A DNA stretch of 64,000 nt, taken from contig CAZYFT010000001.1 in NCBI GenBank assembly GCA_964646575.1, positions 8,118-72,117 on the forward strand, written 5' to 3'. The translations under genes and the position numbers were made by a program. Shown here piece by piece: positions 36,586 through 46,840 of this stretch. The notes under the pieces were generated by a model that saw only the letters and a program-made list of their open reading frames with translations, did no database searches and was not told the DNA's origin. The stretch comes from an uncultured Candidatus Saccharibacteria bacterium (lineage in GTDB: Bacteria > Patescibacteriota > Saccharimonadia > CAILAD01 > GCA-016700035). Each line of letters begins with the position of its first letter. Positions within the stretch are counted from its first letter, which is position 1.

Positions 36586-39500
36586 ATGAAAGAATCCAAA
36601 AAGCAAATCCCGCAGAAATCTATTCGTTCAGTCGATGCAGTTCGTCAAGCGGCTGTTTCTGTGCGTAAAGACTCACAGTCGTATGCTCCTATCCAGCACA
36701 TGACGAGGCTCGGTGCAGTTTTTATTGCTGTAAGGTGCTTAGTGCGGCGTGCACCCGAAAAGCTTGAGATATTTAAGGACAGAATAAGGCTAAGCAGCCA
36801 GCGCATAGCTAGCAAGTTGGTTTCTAAGCTTCCAAAGGTATCTGTTCCCCGAATACAAACGTCTAACAGGTTAAAAAGTGTTGTAGCCAGTACATCATTA
36901 GCGCTTATGATGGTTCTGATGTTCTTCAATTTGGGAATTGGTAACATTGCACGAGCGTTCGAGGATCTTAACCAGTCTGATTGGTCTGGTGGGGTTGGCG
37001 CCAGTCCAGTTGATCAGTACAGTGCCGGCGAAAATGTTGTAACCACTACACCAAATAGAATAGAGCTTGGCGTCGATCAACAGAACCAGTGGTGTAATAC
37101 TGCGTTATGTGATAACCAGTGGCAGTATCGGAAATCAGTATGGTTACCACAATATTCAGTTGATCTTACTGGACGCAGCTCAGTTCAACTTGAGTTTGAT
37201 TTGGAATACACGGCAGCAATGAAGTCTGACTTTAGTGATGTCCGCTTTGTAAGCGCCAATGACAGTCAAGATATACCATATGTAATCACAAGCAAGACTA
37301 ATGGTGGGAGCGCTCACTTTATTGTTAAGGTGCCGGTAGTAAATGGCGATTCACCCGAGATGCTACGAGTGTATTACGGAAATGCTAATGCCAGCTCAGT
37401 TGAAAATAAGGCAGGTACTCTCGATATATGGGATGAGTTTGATCAAGGGCGGAGCTGCCCTGCCGGCAATCCAATAGGCTGTACTCCCAATACAGCCGTT
37501 GTAAATATGGGTGAATTGGAAATCAATTCCTCCGATTATTATCCGGCGAGTAATTATGTTCTCTCGAAGGGAATTGATAGGATTTTTCAAATCGATATAA
37601 AGCCACGGGATGCATTTGGCTGTGATTACAACAACTATGTGTCTTACATGTCACTAGGGAAAAATAATTGGTGGCAAGATCCTTCTGGTACTGTCAGTAT
37701 GTATACTTACGGGCGTGGTGGTGGTCAGGGGTGTTCTACTGCGAAAAGCCAACATCAACTCGCAATTATCCAGTCCAGCTGGTTCAGGGATAGTCAAAAT
37801 TATGGTGGTGGGGGATGGTTAGATAATGACCAAATACTTAGGCATACTACTGAAGACACCGAGTGGTTGACTATCCGCACAGTGATGAAGGCTGCTGGAG
37901 GGTATGACGTTTATACGAGCACCAATGGGGGTGCTAGTTTTCGTTTAGTTGGCCAAAATATAAGCTCAAAAGAAACTTTCTTGACCGACTTTGATAGATG
38001 GTATATCTCAACGCAGAGCTCGATGCCGCTGAGTGTGAAAAATATTCGCAGCTATAGCTACGTACCGAACGCACAGCCTGTATCTGTAGGTGTGCAAGAA
38101 AAGTTAGGGGGCTATACAGGTTACTTAGATTCAGTAGAATACGATCTTGGTCAGAATGGCGTATATGTTGGTCAAATTACAGCAGAGACGGTCGGTTCGG
38201 GAAAAATTAGTTTTCGTGTTGTTGGGTCTTCTGTGGAGGGTGGGACAAGTCAGTTTGGTGACGCGCGCCATTGTAAGATTATAGAGAACGGTGGGGATGC
38301 AGGGGCGAGTAACTGCATGGAGGCTAATTCGAGGTACGTAAAATATTTAGCAATCATTCAGGATGATGATGGGAATAAGGATTTTGCCGTAACAAATATT
38401 CGTCTTCAATATGGTTTTGATGATCAATCGCCGAATGCAGCGGGAGGGATAAATGTACGTAGAGAGGGTGCAAGTGGACCGCTTGTTACCACTGGCTGGA
38501 TTAATACTTCACCGTACTTTGGCTGGAGTGCAGCTAGCGATAATCAGGGTGGCAGTGGTGTGGTTGGGTATTGTCTCTATTTTGGGAGCGATGAATCTGC
38601 AGATCTAGCAACCACGCAGGGCATACTTCCTGTTTTGAGCCCTCTGGAAACCAATGACCGTTGTCAGTATGCGGTCTCCGGTACCTCACTCAACATGTCG
38701 CAGCTTGATCTGCAGGCGCAATTAAGTAGTGACACAGTCTACTACCTAAAGATACGAAGTATTGATAAAGTTGGGAATTTGTCTAATGAGTCCGTGTTAA
38801 CAATTGGCTATGATACCGAAGAGCCTGAGTTTAATACCTTGGCAACAGGACCAAATGGCGCTGTGAATTCACCGCTTGCTAATATTAACTGGCTAACGAC
38901 ACCGCCGGCAGGTGCGGATGATAGTGGGGGATCTGGTATCGCGGGTGTTAGATATTGTGTTAATTATTTTGGTAGTGTACTTCCGGAGTGTAACTTAGAA
39001 ACTGGAGGTGGCGAAGATACCCCGGACTGGATATGGTTTGGGGCTTCGGGCAATCCGGGCGGACTATATGATTTATCGGATACCATTCCATTTACAGATG
39101 GAGGATTTCAGATATCCACGAACGCACTTTCTCATTTGACGAATGAAGGCATAAATTATGCCTATGTCGTATTGCTTGATAGAGCTGGTAATGTTGGCGG
39201 TGGTGGCGTGGGTTATATTAATACCACCCAACAGACTGCTTCACCACCCCGAAATCTAGTAGTATCTCCGCCTATTAGCAGTCAGAACCAGTTCTCTTTT
39301 AGCTGGGAGGCGCCTTCCAGCCTGACCGGTCCAGCTAGTGAGGTAGATTACTGCTGGACTGTAAACGCTCCAATATTGCAGGACGCTAGCAATTGTAATT
39401 GGACTGGCAAGGGAATTACCCAGCTGGCGAATGGTGCTTATGCGACGCAGCAGGGGGAGAATACGATGTATGTTATGGCGAAAGATCAATCGCAGAACTT

Positions 39501-41085
39501 CTCGAATATGAATGTGGCAACGGTAAAATTTACAGCATTTACGACAGCACCAGGTGCTCCGCAAAATCTTGAGCTGTCTGATGTGTCTACTCGGGCGACT
39601 GCGAGCTGGAAAATTGCCCTAAGCTGGAGCGCGCCACAGCTGCCGGGTTCCGGTGTGACAGGCTATAAGATTTATAGGTCTACCAATAATGTAGATTTTA
39701 CTGAAGTCGGCACCACGTCAAATACCAATCTTAGCTTTATAGATTCTGGTCTCTCGCAAACTGACTACTATTATTATGTAAAAGCCTGCGATAGCGCTAA
39801 TAGCTGTGGTGTAGCCAGTAATACTGAGATAGAGTATCCGAGTGGTCGATATACCACACCAGCTCGACTAACCGATGACACCGATCAGCCGAAAATCCGA
39901 GATATCGGTACGCGTAAAGCTACAGTTTATTGGTTTACTGACCGAGCAAGTGATTCTAAGATAGCTTATGGTACCGCGCCTGGACAGTATTTCCCTGAAG
40001 AGGTCGGTAATTCGGCACAAATTTCTACACATGTTGTAAATCTTACAAATCTTGAGCCTGGTAAAACATATTATTATGTAGCTCGGTGGACAGATGAAGA
40101 TGGCAATATGGGGGTTTCCACAGAGAGATCTTTCACAACGCTACCAGCGCCAACCGTAAAGGAAGTTTCGGCATCAAATCTGACCATAGGTTCTGCTGTA
40201 GTTAATTTTACAACTGATAATGCACATAAGGCTAATGTATATTTTGGAGCCAATGATGCCTTTGGTGGCGTGAAGAGTGTTAATACTTCAACATCATCTT
40301 CTAGCTATAGTTTAAGTTTGGATAATCTGCGGGATGGGCAGAAATACTACTTTAAGATCAGTACGGTCGATGCCGATGGCTATGAATATCAGGGAGATAT
40401 TTATAGCTTTACCACACCAGCTCGTCCACGGATTATAAATTTGCGCTTTGATACGGTCGAAGGTGAGCCAAGTAGCACCCAGAAGATTGTTTGGACGACC
40501 AATGTTCCGACTACTAGTGAGGTGGTGTATGGTCTGAGGGATGGTAAGCAGATCGAAGCCGTAGACTCGGTGCTTGTGGTGGAGCATGAGATGGTGGTTC
40601 GTGGACTTGAAGACGATGCGGATTATCAGCTAGTTGCCCGCTCGCGCGATGCTGCTGGCAATCTGGCAATATCTGATCGGCAATCTTTCCAGACTGCCGA
40701 GGACACGCGTGCTCCAAAGATTAGTAACTTGAAGATTGAGACAGATATTCGTGGATCCGGAGGCGAAGCTCGAGGCCAGGTGATTGTGTCTTGGCGCACC
40801 GATGAGCCGGCGACCAGCCAAGTAGCCTTTGCTAAGGGTCGCACCGATGAGCTAAGTAATCGATCACAACAAGATACACGTCTAACGACTGAGCATGTGG
40901 TGGTGGTGTCAGATCTGACGACCTCGAGTATTTATCAGGTTCAGGCGGTCTCATCTGATAAGGCTGGTAATGAGTCATCTTCGGATGCTCAAACTGCAAT
41001 CATTGGTCGTGGTACAGACAGTATTTTTAGCGTTATCTTTAATGCCCTGCAAGCAATCTTCGGCTTTGGGGATTCTAGTATATGA
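36586..41085 (+). CDS. Large surface protein (DUF2341-like plus multiple fibronectin type III domains)
   Basis: TM ~aa 100-120; DFSDVRF..YYGN; repeated W..P..Y..LEPG..YYY Fn3 patterns. Confidence 0.8.
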   Translation: MKESKKQIPQKSIRSVDAVRQAAVSVRKDSQSYAPIQHMTRLGAVFIAVRCLVRRAPEKLEIFKDRIRLSSQRIASKLVSKLPKVSVPRIQTSNRLKSVVASTSLALMMVLMFFNLGIGNIARAFEDLNQSDWSGGVGASPVDQYSAGENVVTTTPNRIELGVDQQNQWCNTALCDNQWQYRKSVWLPQYSVDLTGRSSVQLEFDLEYTAAMKSDFSDVRFVSANDSQDIPYVITSKTNGGSAHFIVKVPVVNGDSPEMLRVYYGNANASSVENKAGTLDIWDEFDQGRSCPAGNPIGCTPNTAVVNMGELEINSSDYYPASNYVLSKGIDRIFQIDIKPRDAFGCDYNNYVSYMSLGKNNWWQDPSGTVSMYTYGRGGGQGCSTAKSQHQLAIIQSSWFRDSQNYGGGGWLDNDQILRHTTEDTEWLTIRTVMKAAGGYDVYTSTNGGASFRLVGQNISSKETFLTDFDRWYISTQSSMPLSVKNIRSYSYVPNAQPVSVGVQEKLGGYTGYLDSVEYDLGQNGVYVGQITAETVGSGKISFRVVGSSVEGGTSQFGDARHCKIIENGGDAGASNCMEANSRYVKYLAIIQDDDGNKDFAVTNIRLQYGFDDQSPNAAGGINVRREGASGPLVTTGWINTSPYFGWSAASDNQGGSGVVGYCLYFGSDESADLATTQGILPVLSPLETNDRCQYAVSGTSLNMSQLDLQAQLSSDTVYYLKIRSIDKVGNLSNESVLTIGYDTEEPEFNTLATGPNGAVNSPLANINWLTTPPAGADDSGGSGIAGVRYCVNYFGSVLPECNLETGGGEDTPDWIWFGASGNPGGLYDLSDTIPFTDGGFQISTNALSHLTNEGINYAYVVLLDRAGNVGGGGVGYINTTQQTASPPRNLVVSPPISSQNQFSFSWEAPSSLTGPASEVDYCWTVNAPILQDASNCNWTGKGITQLANGAYATQQGENTMYVMAKDQSQNFSNMNVATVKFTAFTTAPGAPQNLELSDVSTRATASWKIALSWSAPQLPGSGVTGYKIYRSTNNVDFTEVGTTSNTNLSFIDSGLSQTDYYYYVKACDSANSCGVASNTEIEYPSGRYTTPARLTDDTDQPKIRDIGTRKATVYWFTDRASDSKIAYGTAPGQYFPEEVGNSAQISTHVVNLTNLEPGKTYYYVARWTDEDGNMGVSTERSFTTLPAPTVKEVSASNLTIGSAVVNFTTDNAHKANVYFGANDAFGGVKSVNTSTSSSSYSLSLDNLRDGQKYYFKISTVDADGYEYQGDIYSFTTPARPRIINLRFDTVEGEPSSTQKIVWTTNVPTTSEVVYGLRDGKQIEAVDSVLVVEHEMVVRGLEDDADYQLVARSRDAAGNLAISDRQSFQTAEDTRAPKISNLKIETDIRGSGGEARGQVIVSWRTDEPATSQVAFAKGRTDELSNRSQQDTRLTTEHVVVVSDLTTSSIYQVQAVSSDKAGNESSSDAQTAIIGRGTDSIFSVIFNALQAIFGFGDSSI

Positions 41086-41888
41086 GTCAGGCACTAGTAG
41101 AGTTTCAAAAGGTGTCGCGTGATTTTAGGGCGGTTGATGGCACGATAAGTGTTTTAAAAGATATAAACTTTAAGGTGGAGACTGGTAGCTTTACGATTAT
41201 CTATGGACCTTCTGGTAGTGGCAAGACGACGATTTTAAATATGATCTTGGGGCTTTTACCGCCAACCAAAGGGGATGTTGTGGTAAGCGGAGAGAAGTTA
41301 TATGGTTTGACACAAGATGGTCGTGCAAAATTCAGGGCAGCCCATTATGGTATTGTGAGTCAGGTTAATAACTGGATATTGAGTATGAATGTGCAGGAAA
41401 ATGTAGCTTTGCCGTTGTATCTTTCTGGTACTCCGCGTCATGAAGCGCTTAAGAAGGCTGCTGCCAGCATTGAGCGCGTCGGGCTTGCGAAGTATATGCG
41501 CTATAATCCGGCGGTGTTGTCGGTTGGTCAACAGCAACGTATTTCGATGGCGCGGGCGACAGTTAAAACGCCACGGCTTTTAATTGCTGATGAGCCTACT
41601 GGTAACCTCGATACGACAAATGGCGACATGATAATGCAGCTCATGACTAGCTTTAGAAATCATGAGAATACAACCGTAATACTGGTGACTCATAATTTGA
41701 GTTATCTTTCATTGAGTAGTCATCGACTCTTCTTGAAAGACGGCGTTTTATCAGTGGATGAGGGTGGCTTCCAGCTAGAAGAAGAGCGTCGACGTATGTT
41801 GATGACAAGCTTTTTGGAGGCTAATAAAACGGACACTGCTCAACAGGGCAAGGCGGCGTCTGTGAAGAAAGGCGGCAAGCGTGGCTGA
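41082..41888 (+). CDS. ABC ATPase (LolD/MacB type)
   Basis: GPSGSGKT, LSVGQQQR, ADEPTGNLD, VTH. Confidence 0.93.
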   Translation: MSQALVEFQKVSRDFRAVDGTISVLKDINFKVETGSFTIIYGPSGSGKTTILNMILGLLPPTKGDVVVSGEKLYGLTQDGRAKFRAAHYGIVSQVNNWILSMNVQENVALPLYLSGTPRHEALKKAAASIERVGLAKYMRYNPAVLSVGQQQRISMARATVKTPRLLIADEPTGNLDTTNGDMIMQLMTSFRNHENTTVILVTHNLSYLSLSSHRLFLKDGVLSVDEGGFQLEEERRRMLMTSFLEANKTDTAQQGKAASVKKGGKRG

Positions 41889-43164
41889 GCGTAACCATAA
41901 AACCAATGAGAAAGCGAATGAATTGAAGGTTATGCCTAGGCTAAAAAAGCACCGATTTAAGAGAGAAGGCGTGGTGGCAACATCCATTCTGGTGCGTATG
42001 GCGGCCCAGAATCTTTTCTTTAAGAGGCTACGAACTACGCTGACCATTCTTGGCGTGGTGATTGGTATTGGTGCGGTGATATTTTTGCTCTCGTTTGGGT
42101 ATGGTTTGCAGAATTTAGTTAGCCGTCAAGTGATTGGGGCAAAATCGGTTAAGAGTATTGATGTCAATAAGCCACGCTCGACAGCCATTAAATTTGATGG
42201 TGAAAATATTACTCGGCTCAAAAATATTGGTTCGGTGGAATCGGTGGCTCGCGTTTTTACCGAAGCTGCTAAAGTAAAATCGGGTAGCTCACAGATTGAT
42301 TCGGTGCTGTTTGGCGTTGATTCAGAATATCTAAACCTAGCCTCCGTACGCGTGGTGACTGGCAAAAGTTTATTGGCGGGCGGCTCGACGGATGAGACCC
42401 TAATCAATACTTCACTTGCAAGAGCAGTGGGCTTACCACAAGGCGATGAGGTACTCGGCAAGGTGATTAATATGAGTTTTGATGTTGTGCAGGCTGATGG
42501 GGTCAAGAAAACTGTTCAGAAGGACATGAGAATTATCGGCCTTGTTGAAGGGAGTGGGGGTGCTGAAGTTTTTGTGCGTAGTCAGCTATTTATTGATAAT
42601 GGTGCCCAAGATGCCGGTCAAGTAAAGATACTGGCAACTGATCGGGCGGCTGTACCGCAGATTCGTAAGGAGATTGAAAGTATTGGCTTCGCTACCGCGT
42701 CACCACTTGATACTCTAGACCAGATTTCTCAGGTGTTCGGTTTGCTACAGATGGTCTTTATTGGTTTTGGAGGGATTGGTATGGTGATTGCGATACTCGG
42801 GATGTTTAACACGCTGACTATTTCTTTATTGGAGAGGACTCGGGAAATTGGGCTCCTGATTGAGTTTGGTGCGCGACGACGAGATATTAAACGGCTATTT
42901 ATCATTGAGTCTTTAATGTTATCAATATTGGGTGGCCTAATTGGGTTAATTAGTGCCTTCATGCTCGGTAAGATCGCTGATGTGGCAATTAGTAGCTTTG
43001 CGCGTAGTCGAGGAGTGCAGGAGTCGGTGTCAGCTTTTATGGTGACACCTCAGTTAGCAATTATGACGTTGGTATTGAGCGCATTGTTTGGGCTGGCAGT
43101 TGTTTATTTTCCGGCGCGTCGGGCATCACGAATTGATCCGATTGACGCATTGCGTTACGAATAA
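41881..43164 (+). CDS. FtsX/MacB-type ABC permease
   Basis: RTTLTILGVVIGIG, ERTREIG..GA, PARRASRIDPIDALRYE. Confidence 0.93.
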   Translation: MAERNHKTNEKANELKVMPRLKKHRFKREGVVATSILVRMAAQNLFFKRLRTTLTILGVVIGIGAVIFLLSFGYGLQNLVSRQVIGAKSVKSIDVNKPRSTAIKFDGENITRLKNIGSVESVARVFTEAAKVKSGSSQIDSVLFGVDSEYLNLASVRVVTGKSLLAGGSTDETLINTSLARAVGLPQGDEVLGKVINMSFDVVQADGVKKTVQKDMRIIGLVEGSGGAEVFVRSQLFIDNGAQDAGQVKILATDRAAVPQIRKEIESIGFATASPLDTLDQISQVFGLLQMVFIGFGGIGMVIAILGMFNTLTISLLERTREIGLLIEFGARRRDIKRLFIIESLMLSILGGLIGLISAFMLGKIADVAISSFARSRGVQESVSAFMVTPQLAIMTLVLSALFGLAVVYFPARRASRIDPIDALRYE

Positions 43165-43341
43165 TTTTTTTGAGACTAGTCGCACAATTAATTTGGGTAC
43201 GACTTTTTTATTTTGAGCCAAGAACTTTGACTGAGCTCTAGTATTAATTATTTTTGTAGCTTTGATTAATGACGTGTTGGTATGCAGTTTGTAAAATATA
43301 TTCTGCGCGTGAATAAGTTAAGAAGAGAATAAAAAGTATGC

Positions 43342-43439
43342 AATAAAGAAACCAGGTTAGGGTGGTTGTGGGGACCGTCCTAACCTGGAGAAGTGTCTTG
43401 TGTGTTTGTTTTTGAGTAATATATGTGTGCAGCAGCACT
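43342..43439 (-). ncRNA. Candidate small RNA (own promoter and terminator hairpin)
   Basis: TTGACA(43475-43470)-18-TATTAT; CA-rich tract; hairpin 43352-43388 then U-rich tract. Confidence 0.4.
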
Positions 43440-43475
43440 ACACCGATAATACGGCTTATACATAACCTTTGTCAA

Positions 43476-43507
43476 CAAAAAAGTTGTGGATAACCACAAC
43501 TTTTTTG
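43476..43507. terminator. Terminator of the aldolase gene
   Basis: caaaaaagttgtgg-ataa-ccacaactttttg perfect hairpin with A/T tails. Confidence 0.85.
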
Positions 43508-43527
43508 TGTGAATGGGTATTTACAGG

Positions 43528-44571
43528 TTAGCTATCCTGTGTGGCGCTGACAAAGTTATCTGTTGGGCCTGAATTAGCAACCTTAAACTGACCAAGTCGA
43601 GCCTCGGCGCAGGCTTTAGTGAGTTCAAAATAGATTTTCTGAGCCTGACTTACATTTTCATTTTTACCGGCCCACGCTTTCATGGCTGGGTCTTGCACGG
43701 CACGTGAGAACGAAAAGGTGATTGGCCACGGTTGTTTGCCGGCGGCTCCAATGGCCTGGAGGTTATCGCGGGCTTGTTCGGGGGTTTGGCCGCCGGAGAG
43801 GAATACGATGCCACCCATAGTGTCTGGAATGGTCTCATGAAGGGCGGCTAGGGTATGTTCAGCAACCTCTGCTGGCGTGGACTCGACTCCAGACCGTTTA
43901 CCGGCCAACACCATGCTGGTTTTTACGATGCAGCCCGTGAGCTCGACGCGATAGGCCTTAAGCATCTGTACGAGAAGCTTTAGAATGTCTGCTGTCATTT
44001 CGTGGGCCCTTGAGAGGTCCTGAGGGCCGTCGTACAGGACTTCTGGCTCTACAATGGGTACGATGCCGGCTGACTGGCATAACGTGGCGTAGCGCGCCAT
44101 TGTGTGCAAATTAGCATGCATTGCGCCTTGGGTTGGGGTGGTATCGGAAATAGGGAAGGCAGCGCGCCATTTTGCGAATCGAGCACCAAGGTCGTAATAC
44201 TCTTTCAGTCGTTCGGCTAGACCGTCGAGACCTTCTGTAATTGTTTCGCCAGCAAAGTTATCAAGATCAACAAGTCCCTTATCTACTTTAATGCCAGGCA
44301 CAATACCTTTGCTTTGGAGGTATTGGGGGAATGGAGTACCATCGTCCGTAGTTTGGCGGATAGTCTCGTCGTAAAAAATAACACCCGAAAGGTATTCTTC
44401 GATTCCTGGCGCTGTCATGAGCATTTGTCGGTACTGTCGACGAGTTTCGTCGGTGCAAGGTATGCCCAGCGCGTCAAAGCGCTTTTGTGCACTTTTGCTA
44501 CTTTCGTCGGCGGCCAAGAGGCCTTTTTTATCTGCAAATAATGCTTGCACGGTGTCTTGAAGCTGTCCCAT
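43528..44571 (-). CDS. Class I fructose-bisphosphate aldolase
   Basis: GLLAADES, PGIKVDKG, FAKWRA, PIVEPEV, FLSGGQ, FSFSRA. Confidence 0.96.
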   Translation of the reverse strand: MGQLQDTVQALFADKKGLLAADESSKSAQKRFDALGIPCTDETRRQYRQMLMTAPGIEEYLSGVIFYDETIRQTTDDGTPFPQYLQSKGIVPGIKVDKGLVDLDNFAGETITEGLDGLAERLKEYYDLGARFAKWRAAFPISDTTPTQGAMHANLHTMARYATLCQSAGIVPIVEPEVLYDGPQDLSRAHEMTADILKLLVQMLKAYRVELTGCIVKTSMVLAGKRSGVESTPAEVAEHTLAALHETIPDTMGGIVFLSGGQTPEQARDNLQAIGAAGKQPWPITFSFSRAVQDPAMKAWAGKNENVSQAQKIYFELTKACAEARLGQFKVANSGPTDNFVSATQDS

Positions 44572-44692
44572 ATATATTCCTTTACCTTATTACCTATATT
44601 CTAACGAGGGTAGTAAAGGTGGTCAAACTACTTATGGTTACTTCGAGAAAAATGCACAAATTTTACATAAAAATAGTGCTAGAGCATTAATA

Positions 44693-45148
44693 TTATGTAT
44701 TTAATCGACGCTTTGCTTCAAGAGCAGCATCGATTTTCATAGTCTTTTTGCGCGATGCCTCCCGTTTGTCATAATGTTTTTTGCCGCGCCCAAGAGCGAT
44801 TTCTACTTTAATAAGACCGTGCTCCACACCAACAGCAACAGGCACCACCGCCAGTCCAGCCCCGCGTTTTTCGGCTTCGAGGTTGTCAATTTGCTTACGA
44901 TGCAAAAGAAGCTTGCGCGATCGGGTGGGGTCATGCTCTTTCAGATTGGCGGCGTGGCTATACCGTCGTATATGGGCATTCACCAGATAGGCTTCATGAT
45001 TCTGGAAGTGCACAAAGCTGCCCTTGAGGCTAATTTGTCCGGCTCGCACGCTTTTTACTTCATGTCCCAACAGGGAGATTCCAGCCGTGATGCGCTCGAT
45101 AATTTCGTAGTCATGGAAAGCACGACGATTTTTGGCAATAACTTTCAT
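44693..45148 (-). CDS. smpB: SsrA-binding protein
   Basis: NRRAFHDY, LLGHEVKSVR, RKLLLH, GKKHYDKR. Confidence 0.97.
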   Translation of the reverse strand: MKVIAKNRRAFHDYEIIERITAGISLLGHEVKSVRAGQISLKGSFVHFQNHEAYLVNAHIRRYSHAANLKEHDPTRSRKLLLHRKQIDNLEAEKRGAGLAVVPVAVGVEHGLIKVEIALGRGKKHYDKREASRKKTMKIDAALEAKRRLNT

Positions 45149-45200
45149 GTCACTAGTATACCTGGTTTGTGGGTAATCTATCAGATATAATGGAGGAGAT

Positions 45201-46814
45201 ATGTTTTTAGCAGCCTATGAAAAGATTCTTGATAATTTACGTTTGGGTGCCGAAAAGGCACTGGGCGATGATTTGGAGAACGAAGATATCGCTCGATCGG
45301 TATCATTTTGCGACATGCGTTTTGGGGATATTGCCACTAATGTTGCGTTGCAGCAAGCGAAAGAAGCCGGTCGTAATCCCCGAGACCTTGCAGAAGCCAT
45401 CGTAAGTGAGCTGCAGAAATTAGACACCTTTGCTTCTGCTGAGGTTGCTGGACCAGGCTTTGTAAATATACGTTTGCATGAAGCTGATTACATACAGCTT
45501 TTGCACGAACTTAAGCCTGGTTTTTTTCGAACCGAAAAGGGAGCGGGACGACGGGTGAATGTGGAGTTTATTAGTGCTAATCCCACCGGTCCATTGGTAT
45601 TGGTGAATGCTTGGGGAGGGTACTACGGCGATATCTTGGCAAGTCTCTACGAAAGTCAAGGATATGATGTTGAGCGTGAGTATTATTTGAATGATGGTGG
45701 CAACCAAATTGCGCAGTTAGGGCGGGCAGTTCAGCAGGCTGCCGGTGCAAAGTTTAGCGCTGAAGAGTCGGCTGAATTGTATCGGGGCGAATATGTAGAT
45801 GTATTAGCACAGAGTTTGGCAGAAGAATTTGGCGGTACTGATCAGCTTATCGCTAAGGATCCTCAAGAAGTGGGCGATAAGGCTCAGGCAATCATTTTGG
45901 CCGATTATATTAAACCTACACTCAAGCGGCTGGGTATTAACCACGACGAAATCTATCCGGAGTCCAGCCTGGACAATCGAGCGACAATCGAGCGACTGCG
46001 ACAGGCGGGGGCTATTCTAGAGAAGGATGGGGCGATATGGTTGAGCGGAGAAAAAGCTGGCCTAGATAAAGATGAAGTACTCGTGCGCTCCACCGATGGA
46101 CAGGAAACATATTTCTTAAAAGATATAACCTATCAACTTACAAAGCTCGAGGATCGACGTTTTGATACCGCAATTACCATTGTGGGGCCAGATCATCACG
46201 GGCAAGAACAGCGGCTGCTCGCGGCATTGAGTCTCTTGGGCCATGATGGTTTCGTCCCACTCTGGACGCAGACGGTACGTCTTACGAAGGACGGCCAGGA
46301 GTACAAGATGAGTAAACGTCGTGGAAATTACATCGTACTTGATGAATTCCTCGATATGGTCCCATCGCAAACCGCGCGGTTTTTCTTTGCCTTGCGAGAT
46401 ACCAATAGTCACTTTGATCTAGATCTAGATTTAGTAGCATCACAAAATAAACATAATCCACTCTTTTACGTTATGTACTCATATGTTCGTGCAAGTTCAG
46501 TGCTAGCTAAATTTGGCGAGATTGCAGAGCCCACTGAGATTGCACTAGACGTTGAGCAAAAGCAAATCTTGAGAAGTTTCATAGAAGTTTCGGAATTAAT
46601 TACCCAGGCGACCGTGACGCAACAAGTGCATTCGGTGTTGCATCGTATGATAGAAATCGCTCGCTACTTCCATGATTGGTATGAGAAGAATCCAGTCCTT
46701 AAAGAAGAATCCGAGGAGCTCCGTATGGCTCGGGCATACTTCGTGGAAAAATATCGTGATAGTCTGAAGAGTCTGCTTAAGCTTATTGGGGTAAAACCGC
46801 AAGAACGCATGTAG
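45201..46814 (+). CDS. argS: Arginine--tRNA ligase
   Basis: AGPGFVN, EFISANPTGP, EYYLND.G.Q, KMSKRRG, C-terminal DALR-type domain. Confidence 0.95.
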   Translation: MFLAAYEKILDNLRLGAEKALGDDLENEDIARSVSFCDMRFGDIATNVALQQAKEAGRNPRDLAEAIVSELQKLDTFASAEVAGPGFVNIRLHEADYIQLLHELKPGFFRTEKGAGRRVNVEFISANPTGPLVLVNAWGGYYGDILASLYESQGYDVEREYYLNDGGNQIAQLGRAVQQAAGAKFSAEESAELYRGEYVDVLAQSLAEEFGGTDQLIAKDPQEVGDKAQAIILADYIKPTLKRLGINHDEIYPESSLDNRATIERLRQAGAILEKDGAIWLSGEKAGLDKDEVLVRSTDGQETYFLKDITYQLTKLEDRRFDTAITIVGPDHHGQEQRLLAALSLLGHDGFVPLWTQTVRLTKDGQEYKMSKRRGNYIVLDEFLDMVPSQTARFFFALRDTNSHFDLDLDLVASQNKHNPLFYVMYSYVRASSVLAKFGEIAEPTEIALDVEQKQILRSFIEVSELITQATVTQQVHSVLHRMIEIARYFHDWYEKNPVLKEESEELRMARAYFVEKYRDSLKSLLKLIGVKPQERM

Positions 46815-46840
46815 CGAGTGGAGTAGGAGGGGTTATTGTA

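Noticed and set aside
43485-43493. Perfect DnaA box TGTGGATAA
   Set aside because: Single copy lying within the aldolase terminator hairpin; likely coincidental
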